This document shows positions 1 through 12,457 of a stretch of 64,000 nt of DNA, piece after piece (position 1 is the first letter of the stretch; each line of letters opens with the position of its first letter). This stretch comes from Ancylonema sp. (taxonomy: Eukaryota), in contig JBFLGF010000015.1 in assembly GCA_050230475.1 (NCBI GenBank), positions 62,001-126,000 of the forward strand, read 5' to 3'. The position numbers and the translations under genes were made by a program. The notes beneath the pieces are model-generated. The model did no database searches. It saw nothing but the letters and a program-made list of their open reading frames with translations, and was not told where the DNA came from.

Positions 1-205
1 CGGACATTTCTGACACGACTAAACAAGCCAATCACGACGCGTCAAACAAATAACGTCTCTAAGCGTCGGAAACATGTCAGGTGCCCTGGCACAAACTTGC
101 CCGGCCCCGCATATAGGCACATCTAGGAATATAGCTCCCGGTTAGAGTCACCGGTTACAACTGGACTAGCAAGCATCACATATGGCTATCCAAAATATTC
201 CAACA
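1..205 (-). repeat. Partial 3' LTR of copia element A1 (runs off the window start)
   Basis: Near-identical to ~6134-6340 and ~12253-12457. Ends ...TTCCAACA on + (TGTTGG on -) and is followed by caccccctc (PPT GAGGGGGTG on -). Confidence 0.93.
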
Positions 206-882
206 CACCCCCTCGGATGCCATGCTCAAGTTGGCATAGATGCAGACATCAAAAAAGGAGTACCCAAGTCATTGCCAAATCATGGCAGAACCATTGCATA
301 AAAAGCAGTTTTGGTCTTCCCTAGCATAGCTAGGGGTTTCTATGCCCTATCGACACATGCAGCCGTTCGGAAGCCGATCGGAACTCCATGAAGTCGAACG
401 CTCCAGATCCTTAGTCGTTTTTCAGGCCGAATCCCTGAACTTACAAACAAATACCACAAGTTAGGCGAAAAACAAAAAAACTTATGAAAATATTTTTGAT
501 TTCTTAACTTTTTCAACTTCACGATTCTGAAACTTCACACTTTCCAGTCCAGAAAAATCTCAAAACAGCATAACTTCAAAATTACCAGTCCTTATCAGCA
601 CCAACTTTTGACACAAGTATTGAAACAATGAGAGGACATACATTCGAAAATTCAGAACAAACTGACAAGTTTAAATGAGCAGATCTGTCCTTCAGCGTTT
701 TCTTTTCAAGTGTCTTTTCAAGGTAATAAGGTAAGAGTGTGACTTAGCTGGATGAGCTGAAGTTGGTGTACCCTCCCCATTACTTCTGCATGAAAGAAAC
801 ATCACAACACACCCCCTGACAACATGCATGGCATTCGAAACCTCTGATCATAAAAATAAAAGAAAAGATTGACACCCCCAGT

Positions 883-3800
883 TCAGTATAACCGTCCTAG
901 ACTTTTGCTGTGTCTGTCCAGTAAAACTTGAGGAAGAGTTGTTAGCATATCTGCTGCTGGTTGATTGGCGCGCAAGATACACATATTTTTTAGTCTCCCC
1001 GTGCTGTGGCATTCCCGTACCCAGTGATATACCACATTAAAGTGTTTTGCTTTCTGTCGTTGCACAGGGTTCTGGATCATGGAGAGAGCTAAGGTTGAGT
1101 CAGTGCGGATTGTGATTTGGTTTGGGAACTTGAGTTCTTTCAAGAGAGACTTTAGATAACAGCACTCTTTAGATACACTAGAGGTAGCGATATATTCAGC
1201 CTCAGCAGTGCTCTGTGCAACAGTGGACTGCTTCTGCGACTTCCAACTCAGTGCTGTCCCCCCAACCGTGGTTACCCATCATCCTGTGACTGATGACGAC
1301 TTTCCTGTCATGCTGCTGCAACTGTTCCATGATGCATCGCAGTAACCCTTTACTTCAAAGCTGTCGTCTTTACCACCCACAAACGTCAGTCCGTGGTTCA
1401 CAGTCCCTTTAAGGTATCTGAATAGTTGATGTAACGCCCTTATGTGTGCGACCCCAGGATTTCCCATGTGTTTAGCCAGTACCCCAAGTGCATACCCAAT
1501 GTCCAGTCTGGTTTGTTTCATGGCATATATGAGAGATCCCACTTTCCCTCGAAAGTCTGTTATTTCTTCAGGGGTAGGGGGAAGAGTTGGTTCCATTTTG
1601 CGTAAACTGAGTTCCAGGGGCTAGAGGGAGTTTGGTTGGATTACACTCATGCATCCCATAACGTTCGAGTACTCCCCTTAAGAAACCTGACTCCCAGTGT
1701 GAGCAGTCTTCTCTGTCTATCCCTCTTCACTATTCCACCCCCAGGATATGGGTTAGGGGACCCAGATCGTTGACTTTGAACTTTTTACCCATATCTTCTT
1801 TAAAAGTTTTGACGACCATTGCGTTAGGACCTGTGATCACATCATCTACATGTATGCCCAGTATGATTCTGTTGTCTGCTTCCCCCCTCATATACATACA
1901 TGTGTCCATTACGCATTGTGTAAACCCTTCAGATATCATAAACTTTCTGAACATCTCTTGCCACACGTGGCTACTCTGTTTTAGACCGTATAAAATAAAG
2001 CCCCTTTCAGTCGTAAGACCTTTCCCTCAGCACCCCCATTGATATGCATACGTGGTGGTATTTTCATATAAACTTATCTTCTTCCAGACGTCCATGCCAG
2101 GAACGCTGTGATTACGTCCATCTGTTCCAGTTCCCAGTCAATATTGGTTTGGCGATAGATAGGAGTAAGGTGATAGATGTACTGTCAATTACTGGTGCAA
2201 ATACTTCGTTATAGTCAATACCCTCTTGCTGTAAGAATCCCTGTGCGACCAGTCTGACTTTATATCTTTCAATATCCCCTTGAGGTGTTGTTTTGACCTT
2301 AAAAACATTCTGCACCCCACAGCCTTTTTACCTGGAGGAAGACACACACCTCAAAGGTGTTGAACGTCTCCAGGGCAGCGAGCTCTTCCACGATGGCCCT
2401 GTCCCACTGGTCCCAGTCTGGCCTCATCATCGCATGGTTGAGGGTGAGTGGCTCGGAGGAGTTGCTGTTTGATGCTACGCATGCGCCGTTGAAGCCAGTG
2501 TAGTAACTGCTGGGCTCCTACTCAGTCGCTGAGTAGTTGGCATGAGCTGCGTCATCGAACTCCTCCCCATCACATCACATGAGATCCCCATACTCGGCAA
2601 AGGTGGCTCGTCTTCTGGTTGGCTCGCCTTCTGGCCATCACCCGATCAGCTACGCTGCCTGGCTCTCCCACTCCTGGGTTCGCACCCCCTCCTTGCACCT
2701 CCTCCTCCCCTGCATCTCCACCTCCTGCGTTGGTTGATCCCTGACTGGCTGTCAGACAGCTCAATTGTGGCGTTAGGGACCTCAGCAGCTTGTGGCTGGA
2801 AGTTGTCGTGCGGATAGTCGATGGCAGCTGCTGGCTCAGGGACCTGCTGGTTCTGCTGGTGCTGGGATTGGCTGCAGAACTGCCTGGCATCGGCTGCAAA
2901 ACTGCTGGCATGATTGGGTGGACTGCTGCTACTGGCATGTTGGGGTGGACTGCTGCTGCTGGCACAACTGCTGCTGCGGGTTCATCTTCGGTGTCAGGGA
3001 AATAGAATAGAAAAAGTGTTTTTCTGCTGCCGCCTGAACCTGGGGAGCTCTCCCCCCCATGAGCTTCGGGTACCCCGGCACCTCCTCGAAGAACCGCACG
3101 TCCATGCGTGATATCACCCCCACCCTATGGGGGTCGAAGACGTTGTAGCCTGCACTCCCCGCAGCCATACCCAGAAACACACCAAAGCAAGTGCGAGGGG
3201 CAAACTTGTCCCCTTGCCTGTTCTTTTCCGCCCCACCCTTCAAGTATTGAACCAGACACCCAAAATTATGACTTTTGTTCATTTTCATGTTCTTTCCCTC
3301 CTAGACTTCAATTGGGATTCTGCCAGCGAGCGACTTAGTGGGAGTTCTGTTCCTTAACCAGTTTGCATGTAACAATGCAACATCCCAATACGACTTCGGT
3401 AGATCTGACCAGATTAATATGCATCGCATTTTTTCTGTCAATGTTCTATTCAGTCTTTCACAGATTCCGTTTTGTTCAAGATTATATGCTTTTGTGGTTT
3501 GCTTGTCAATACCCTTCCCCCCACAGTAGTTTATCCAGTCCTAAGACACATACTCCCCACTCTTGTCTGTCCGTATAGACTGTAGTGGCAACCCTGACTG
3601 GACCTCGAGCAATTGTATAGTGACCTTTGCTCGGTTCAGTGCTTCATCCTTTGTTTTTAGCAAACTGACAAATGACAGACGTGTGGATACCTCACTCCCT
3701 GGAGCATACGTGAAACCTCCATTTGCAGACCTGACAGACAGTGGTCCAATGAGATCCAGGTCGTGAATGCGAACCCATCTTGGGGCATGTCCCCGATCCT

Positions 3801-5620
3801 CACTGACCTTAGCGTGACTGAGCTGAATCATCTTCCCCTGACAATAAACCTGACATCCCCTGACTTCAGTTAATTCTTCCTGACTTAACTGTGGGATGTC
3901 ACCACGTCTGACAAAATCTGACATCACATCAGAACTGGGGTGACCACTTTGTGATGCCAGACCATGCCTGTGGACAAATTTGCTCTCTATCATGAGATCC
4001 AGGCATGACATGGTGGCAGCAAGCAAAGTCAGACCACTAGGCTGCTGGAGCACATCAGCCCATTTCACATTTCCCTTGTTTAATTCTGGACCTGTGGGCA
4101 GCTGTAAGAAGCTCAGCCCACCTCTTTTGACGAGGCACGATGTCGACACGAGGGTGCAGGCAAAGGTAGGGACGTGGATCGAGGTGAGTGGCTGCACAAA
4201 AAAATGTGTAGCCATTCCTCACTCGGGATGTGCACGAAACCAGTGCCCTCCACCTTGTGTGACGAGCCGTTAGCAGTGGTAATGAAGGCCTTCTGCGTGC
4301 TCAGGGTAGGTGTGTACTCCACAAAATGTTCACGTTCCGTGAAAAATGTGGTCTGTAGCACCTGAATCCAGGATCAGGGAAGTCTGTGTGAGAACCAGCA
4401 GACAAATGCTCGAGCAACATCGAACGAGAAAGCACCGAATGCTAAATAATCCACATTAGCGTCGAAAGGTTTGTCAGCAAAGCGAGCAAGTCTAGCTTGT
4501 GCGTCAGCCCTTCGAGCAGCTTCTGGGTTCATTAGAGCCATGTCAGATGTTCGTTTTCTACATTGTTCAATCGTGTGCCCTACATTGTTGCAATATCTGC
4601 ACTTCTCTCTCCCCCCTGAACTTCCCTGAGTCGCGTGCGCAACATTTCCAGCTGCTGGCGATGGCGCAGGGCATTGAGCAGCTCGGTGGCCTGCCTGGTG
4701 GCACCTGTGACATTTCCAGGCTCCAGCATGGCCTCCGCCGATGGCTGGTGAAGGGCAGTTCGCTCTGATGTGGCCGAATTTGTGGCAGCCGAAGCATTCG
4801 ACGCCTGCAGCGTCTCTGCGACCAGCTCCAGTCGCACCACTAGGTTTGCTGCTGCCTCTAGCTCCGCGTCCCCCTCCAGGTCCACCATAATGCGCTTGGT
4901 GACCTTCTGGCAGCGCCCCCCTCTTACGCTCATTCAGCTCCTTTCTAACGTCGTCGCGCAGCAGCGCACTCACGATGTGGGGAATCGTGAACAGATGTGG
5001 AGACGATTCCGACCACGGCATCAGCGTCGAGACCATTGGGCTGTAATGAGTGTTCAAAGAGTTGAGCAGGTTGATCGCCTGCTTCGTTGGAGATACTGGC
5101 GCGCCCCCAGGTTCTTCAAATCCTGGTGCCTGCTGGAGACGCTTGACGTATACGTTGAGGTCCTCCGCCTCAGTCTGTACGATCGCGCTCAGCAGCGCCT
5201 CGGTATTCGCGATCTCAATCGCACCCTGCACCTGGTAGAATGTCCTCAGGGCATCCCACATTCCGGCAGCTGCGTCAGCTCCGAAGGTCCCAAATGTTTG
5301 ACTATGCTCCGAAGGTCCCAAGTGCTTCACAATGTATGACATAGCAGCCAGATTATCCTCGTCCCATTTCTCGAGCTGGAGCAGCTGCTGGGAAATCTGC
5401 TGCTCCCTGACCAATATTTCGACATCCACGTCGATCCCCCTGGCGGCAAATTACAGCTCGTTGTCAGGTGTCAATGGAAGTATTACGTCTGGGCGACACC
5501 TTCGCGGCATGCTGCCCACCAAACATATCACCAAACGATGGCCAGCCCATACTTGACCTTGAAGGCCCATCCTGTATAATCTGCTCCAGTGAACTGTGGG
5601 ATTTGCGACCTATCCGACAT
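883..5620 (-). pseudogene. Frameshifted copia gag-pol polyprotein, copy A1
   Basis: Starts MSDRSQIPQF. Three CCHC knuckles (CFGCHKFGHIRANC, CHRCHQAGHRAAQC, CRYCNNVGHTIEQC), protease LDSGAT, integrase (DLIGP, IRTD), RT (RYKVRLVAQGF, IHVDD), RNase H (GYCDASW, ADMLT). Many frameshifts. Confidence 0.93.
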
Positions 5621-5860
5621 TGTGGCAGCAATTGTTTAGGATTTCACAAAATTTCTCACTCAGCTCGAGTTCTCAGTGCAATTCCTGCACTGCAGCACTC
5701 AGCTTCAACTCGAAAACTTGCAGCGCAATGTCAAGCAGCACTTAACAACTACGAATATATTTGCGCTTTCACTAGCAGAATATACCGTTCTCAGAGATTA
5801 CCGCAGCGAAATCGCGTGGAGCCTTTAGTTTTTAACCAACACGTCTGAACTAGACCGCAC

Positions 5861-5877
5861 GTGGGCCCATCATAACC
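5861..5877 (-). promoter_or_regulatory. Primer-binding site complementary to the anticodon arm (5' half) of tRNAiMet
   Basis: The + strand reads gtgggcccatcataacc here and gtgggcccagaacc at 11987-12000. The consensus GTGGGCCCATAACC matches the plant initiator tRNA anticodon arm (copia/Osser-type GGTTATGGGCCCA PBS). Confidence 0.8.
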
Positions 5878-6340
5878 TATAAGCTTTTGAGTGATTAGAC
5901 GTGCCGGAATAATTAGGTGGGCGACAAAACGAACCGTACGCAAAAGGATCTCTATCTCTATCACTGATGATCAACGAGACAGGAGTTGCGTGTGTGGAAC
6001 GAATTATTATTGTGATTGCATCGGGGATGGTAATACCCGATGCGATTTACATATTGTTGTGTGCCGACGGTCGGCACAATCGACCGTCGGCCTATCATTG
6101 ACTGACAGGTCTTCTACATGTCAACGGCACATGCCGGACATTTCTGACACGTCTAAACAAGCCAATCACGACGCTTCAAACAAATAACGTCTCTAAGCGT
6201 CGGAAACATGTCAGGTGCCCGGGCACAAACTTGCCCGGCCCCGCATAACAGGCACATCTAGAATATTGCTCCCGGTTAGAGTAACCGGTTACAACTGGAC
6301 TAGCACGCATAACATATGGCTAATCCAAAATATTCCAACA
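5878..6340 (-). repeat. Shared middle LTR of array A (~463 bp; TG...TA termini on -)
   Basis: Bounded by the PBS (5861-5877) and the PPT (6341-6349); matches 12001-12457. Confidence 0.9.
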
Positions 6341-7064
6341 CACCCCCTCGGATGCCATGCTAAAGTTGGCATAGATGCAGACATCAAAAGGAGTACCCAA
6401 GTCATTGCCAAATCATGGCAGAACCATTGCATTAACATATAAAGCAGTTTTGGTCTTCCTGCATACAAGCGTGCTAGGGGTTTCTATGCCCTATCGACAA
6501 ATGCAGCCGATCGGAAGCCGATCGGAACTCCATGAAGTCGAACGCTCCAGATCCTTAGTCGTTTTTCAGGCCGAAGCCCGGAACATACAAACAAATACCA
6601 CAAGTTAGGCGAAAAACAAAATAAACTTAAGAAAATATTTTTGAATTATTGACTTTTTCAACTTTATGATTCTGAAAATTTTACACTTTCCGGTCAGAAA
6701 AATCTCAAAACAGCATAACTTCAAAATTACCAGTCCTATCAGCACCACAACTTTTGACACAAGTTTTGCAACAATGATTATGATATAATGATTAGGACAT
6801 ACATTCGAAAATTCAGAACAAACTGACAAGTTTAAAGTTGAGCAGATCCACACTTTCTGATTTTAAAGTGTCCTTAAGCGTTTTCAAGTGTTCTTTTCAA
6901 GTTATTAAGGTGAGAGTGTGACTTAACTGGATGAGCTGAAGTTGGTGTACCCTCCCCATTACTTCTGCATGAAAGAAACATAACAACACACCACCTGCCA
7001 ACATGCATGGCATTCATTCGAAACCTCTGATCATAAAAATAAAAGAAAGGACTGACACCCCCAT

Positions 7065-10000
7065 TCAGTATAACCGTCCAAAACCTAGACTTTTGCTGTG
7101 TCTGTCCAGTAAAACCCGAGGAAGAGCTTTGGTTAGCATATCTGCTGGTTGATTGGCGCCTGCAAGATACACATATTTTAGTCTCCCCGTGCTGTGGCAT
7201 TCCCTACCCAGTGATATACCACATTAAAGTGTTTTGCTCTGTCTGCACAGGATTCTGGATCATGGAGAGTTGAGGTTGAATCAGTGTGGATTGTGATTTG
7301 GTTGGAAATTGAGTTCTTTCAGAGAGACTTTAGATAACAGCACTCTTTATATACACTACAGGCAGCGATATATTCAGCCTCAGCAGTGCTTGTGCAACAG
7401 TGGACTGCTTCTGTGACTTCCAACTCAGTGCTGTCCCCCCAACCGTGGTTACCCATCCTGTGACTGACTTTCCTGTCATGCTGCAACTGTTCCATGATGC
7501 ATCGCAGTAACCCTTTACTTCAAAGCTGTCTTTACCCACAAACGTCAGTCCGTGGTTGTGGTTCACAGTCCCTTTAAGGTATCTGAATAGTTGATGTAAC
7601 GCCTGTGCGACCCCAGGATTTCCCATGGGTTTAGCCAGTACCCCAAGTGCATACCCGATGTCCAGTCTGGTTTGTTTCATGGCATATATGAGAGATCCCA
7701 CTTTCCCTCGAAAGTCTGTTATTTCTTCAGGGGTAGGGGGAAGAGTTGGTTCATCATTTTGCTTAAACTGAGTTCCAGGGGCTAGAGGGAGTTTGGTTGG
7801 ATTACACTCATGCATCCCATAACGTTCGAGTACTCCCCTTAAGAAACCTGACTGTCCCAGTGTGAGCAGTTCTCTCTGTCTATCCCTCTTCACTTCCACC
7901 CCCAGGATATGGGTTAGGGGACCCAGATCCTTGACTTTGAACTTTTTACCCATATCTTCTTTAAAAGTTTTGACGACCATTGCGTTAGGACCACCTGTGA
8001 TATCATCTACATGTATGCCCAGTATGATTCTGCTGTCTGCTTCCCCCCTCAGATATATACATGTGTCCATTACGCATTGTGTAAACCCTTCAGATATCAT
8101 AAACTTTCTGTCTTTTGAACATTTCTTGCCACACGTGGCTACTCTGTTTTAGTCCGTACAAAGCACCTTCAGTCGTAAGACCTTTCCCTCAGCACCCCCT
8201 TTTATATACATACGTGGTGGTATTTTCATATAAACCTCTTCTTCCAGACGTCCATGCAGGGACGCTGTGATAACGTCCATCTGTTCCAGTTCCCAGTCAT
8301 ATTGGTTGGCTATAGAGAGGAGTAGGGTGATAGATGTACTGCCGATTACTGGTGCAAATTCCTCATTATAGTCAATACCCTCTTGCTGTAAGAATCCCTG
8401 TGCGACCAGTCTGACTTTATATCTTTCAATATCCCCTTGAGGTGTTGTACATATTCGCACCCCACAGCCTTTTTACCTGGAGGAAGTACACACACCTCAA
8501 AGATGTTGAACGTCTCCAGGGCAGCGAGCTCTTCCACGATGGCCCTGTCCCACTGGTCCCAGTCTGGCCTCATCATCGCATGGTTGAGGGTGAGTGGCTC
8601 GGAGGAGTTGCTGTTTGATGCTACGCATGCGTAGCTAGGATCGACAAGACCGTTGAAGCCAGTGTAGAAGCAGCTAGGCTCCCACTCAGTCGCTGAGTAG
8701 TTGGCATGGGCTGCGTCATCGAACTCCTCCCCATCACATCACATGAGATCCCCATACTCAGCAAAGTTGGCTCGTCTTCTGGCCATCACCCGATCAGCTA
8801 TGCTGCCTGGCTCCCCCACTCCTGGGTTCGCACCCACTCCTTGCACCTCCTCCTCCCCTGCATCTCCACCTCCTGCGTTGTTGATCCCTGACTGGCTGTC
8901 GGACAGCTCAATCGTGACGTTAGGGACCTCAGCAGCTTGTGGCTGGAAGTTGTCGTGCGGATAGTCGTTGGCAGCTGCTGGCTCAAGGACTGCTGGTTCT
9001 GCTGGTGCTGGGATTGGCTGCAGAACTGCTGGCATCGGCTGCAGAACTGCTGGCATGATCGGGTGGACTGCTCCTGCTGGCATGTTGGGGTGGACTGCTG
9101 CTGCTGGCACAACTGCTGCTGCGGGTTCATCTTCGGTGTCAGGGAATAGATAGAAAAAAGTGCTTTTCTGCTGCCGCCTGAACCTGGGGAGCCCTCCCCC
9201 CCATGAGCTTCGGGTACCCCGGCACCTCCTCGAAGAACCGCACGTCCATGCGTGATATCACCCCCACCCTATGGGGGTCGAAGACGTTGTAGCCTGCACT
9301 CCCCGCAGCCATACCCAGAAACACACCAAAGCAAGTGCGAGGGGCAAACTTGTCCCCTACTGTTCTTTTCCCCCCCAACCTTTTCAAGTATTAAACCAGA
9401 CACCCAAAATTATGACTTTTGTTCATTTCATGTTCTTTCCCTCCCAGACTTCAATTGGGATTCTGCCAGCAAGCGACTTAGTGGGATCTGTTCCTTAACC
9501 AGTTTGCATGTAACAATGCAACATCCCAATACGACTTCGGTAGACCTGACCAGATTAATATGCATCGCATTTTTTCTGTCAATGTATTCAGTCTTTCACA
9601 GATTCCGTTTCGTTCAGGACTGTATGCTTCTGTGGTTTGCTTGTCAATACCCTTCCCCCCACAGTAGTTCATTTTATCCAGTCCTGAGACACATACTCCC
9701 CACCCTTGTCTGTCCGTATAGACTGTAGTGGCAACCCTGACTGGACCTCGAGCAACTGTATAGTGACCTTTGCTCGGTTCAGTGCTTCATCCTTTGTTTT
9801 TAGCAAGCTGACAAATGACAGACGTGTGGACACCTCAATCCCTGTCTAAGCATAAGTGAAACCTCCATTAGCAGACCTAACAGACAGAGGTCCAATGAGA
9901 TCCAGGTGAATGCGACCCATCTTGGGGCATGTCCCAGATCCTCGACCTTAGCGACTCAGTTGACATCTTCCCCTGACAACAAACCTGACATCCCTTGACT

Positions 10001-11741
10001 TCAGTTAATTCTACCTGACTTAACTGTGGGATGTCACCACGTCTGACAAAATCTGACATCACATCAGAACTTGGGTGACCCAGTTTGTGATGCCAGACCA
10101 TGCCTGTGGACAAATTTGCTCTCGTGTATCATGAGATCCAGGCATGACGATTGTGGCAGCAAGCAAAGTCAGACCACTAGGCTGTGCTGCACACATCAGC
10201 CCATTTCACATTTCCCTTGTTTAATTTTGGACCCGTGGGCAGCTCTAGAAAGCTCAGCCCACCTCTTTTGACGAGGCACGATGTCGACACGAGGGTGCAG
10301 GCAAAGGTAGGGACGTGGATCGAGGTGAGTGGCTGCACAAAAAATGTGTAGCCATTCCTCACTCGGATGTGCACGAAACCAGTGCCTTCCACCTTGTGTG
10401 ACGAGCCGTCAGCAGTGGTGATGAAGGCCTTCTGCGTGCTCAGGGTAGGTGTGTACTCCACAAAGTGTTCACGTTCAGTGAAAATGTGGTCGGTAGCACC
10501 TGAATCCAGGATCAGGGAGTCTGTGTGAGAACCAGCAGACAATCGAGCATCATCGAACGAGAAAGCACCGAAAGCTAATTAATCCACATTAGCGTCGAAA
10601 GGTTTGTCAGCAAAGCGAGCAAGTCTAGATTGTGCGTCAGCCTTTCGAGTAGCTTCTGGGTTCATTAAAGCCATGTCAGATGTGCGTTTTCTACATTGTT
10701 CAATCGTATGCCCTACATTGTTGCAATATGCACCTCTGTCTCCCCCCTGAACTTCCCTAGTTGCGTGCGCAATATTTCCAGCTGCTGGCGATGGCGGAGG
10801 GCACTAAGCAGCTCGGTGGCCTGCCTGGTGGCACCTGTGACATTTCCAGGCTCCAGCATGGCCTCCGCCGATGGCTGGTGAAGGGCAGTTCGCTCTGATG
10901 TGGCCGAATTTGTGGCAGCCGAAGCATTCGACGCCTGCAGCGTCTCTGCGACCTCGCACCACCCGGTCTGCTGCTGCCTCCAGCTCCGCTTCCCCCTCCA
11001 AGTCCACCATAATGCGCTGACCTTCTGGCAGCGCCCCCCTCTTACGCTCATTCAGCTCCTTTCTAACGTCGTCGCGCAGCAGCGCACTCACGATGTGGGG
11101 AATCGTGAACAGATGTGGAGACGATTCCGACCACGGCATCAGCGTCTCGAGACCTGGGCTGTAATGAGTGTTCAAAGAGTTGAGCAGGTTGATCGCCTGC
11201 TTCGTTGGAGATACTGGCGCGGCGCCCCCAGATTCTTCAAATCTTGGTGCAACTGCTGAAGACGCTTGACGTATACGTTGAGGTCCTCCGCCTCAGTCTG
11301 TACGATCGCGCTCAGCAGCGCCTCGGTATTCGCGATCTCGATCGCACACCTCGTAGAATGTCCTCAGGGCATCCCACATTCCGGCAGCTGTCGTGCAGTC
11401 CGTGACGTGCGTTAGCTCCGATGGTCCCAAATGTTTGACTATGTAGGACATGGCAGCCAGATTATCCTCGTCCCATTTCTCGAGCTGCAGCAGCTGCTGG
11501 GAAATGTGTTGCTCCGTGACCAATATTTCGACATCAACGTCGATCCCCCTGGCGGCAAATTGCAGCTCGTTGTCAGGTGTCGATGGAAGTATTACGTCTG
11601 GGCGACACCTTCGCGGCATGCTGTCCCAATCCATCACCAAACGATGCAGTTTCTTGTCCGCCAGCCCATACTTGACCTTGAAAGGCCCATCCTGTATAAT
11701 CTGCTGCAGTGAACTGTGGGATTTGCGACCTATCCCGACAT
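7065..11741 (-). pseudogene. Frameshifted copia gag-pol polyprotein, copy A2
   Basis: Same motifs as A1 (LILDSGATDH, ERNGICERLN, GIHVDD, GYCDASW, LSWKSQKQSTVA), with different indels. Confidence 0.93.
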
Positions 11742-12000
11742 TATGGCAGCAATTGTTTAGGATTTCACAAAATTTCTCACTCAGCTCGAGTTCTCAGTGT
11801 GCAATTCCTGCAATGCAGCACTCAGCTCGAAAACTTGCAGCGCAATGTCAAAATTACGTGCAGCACTTAACAACTACGAATATATTTGCGCTCACTGGCA
11901 AAATATACCGTTCACAGAGATAACCGCAGCGAAATCGCGTGGAGCCTTTAGTTTTTAACCAACACGGCGTCTGAACTAGAACGCACGTGGGCCCAGAACC

Positions 12001-12457
12001 TATAAGCTTTTGAGTGATTAGACGTGCCGGAATAATTAGGTGGGCGACAAAACGAACCGTACGCAAAAGGATCTCTATCACTGATGATCAACGAGACAGG
12101 AGGCGTGGGTTGTGGAACGAATTATAATTGTGATTGCATCGGGGATGGTAATACCCGATGCGCTTTACAGATTGTTGTGTGCCGACGGTCGGCACAATTG
12201 ACCGTCGGCCTATCATTGACTGACAGCTCTTCTACATGTCAACGGCACATGCCGGACATTTCTGACACGACTAAACTAAACAAGCCAGTCACGACGCTTC
12301 AAACAAATAACGTCTCTAAGCGTCGGAAACATGTCAGGTGCCCGGGCACAATCTTGCCCGGCCCCGGGCACACATCGAGGAATATTGCTCCCGGTTAGAG
12401 TAACCGGTTACAACTGGACTAGCAAGCATAACATATGGCTATCCAAATATTCCAACA
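12001..12457 (-). repeat. 5' LTR of array A
   Basis: Matches 5878-6340. Followed by non-element sequence TGAGC, a candidate TSD whose partner would lie outside the window. Confidence 0.92.

Larger units (their letters stand above)
1..12457 (-). mobile_element. Tandem Ty1/copia array LTR-A1-LTR-A2-LTR (two internal domains, three LTRs)
   Basis: Internal domains 206-5877 and 6341-12000 are colinear copies separated by a single LTR (5878-6340). That LTR has a PBS on one side and a PPT on the other. Domain order gag-PR-IN-RT-RH is copia-type. Confidence 0.93.

Noticed and set aside
4499..5339. Long plus-strand ORFs opposite copia gag
   Set aside because: Antisense shadows of GC-rich coding sequence, not preserved in frame between A1 and A2.
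5861..5877. tRNA-Met gene fragment
   Set aside because: Only ~14 nt match; explained as a primer-binding site.
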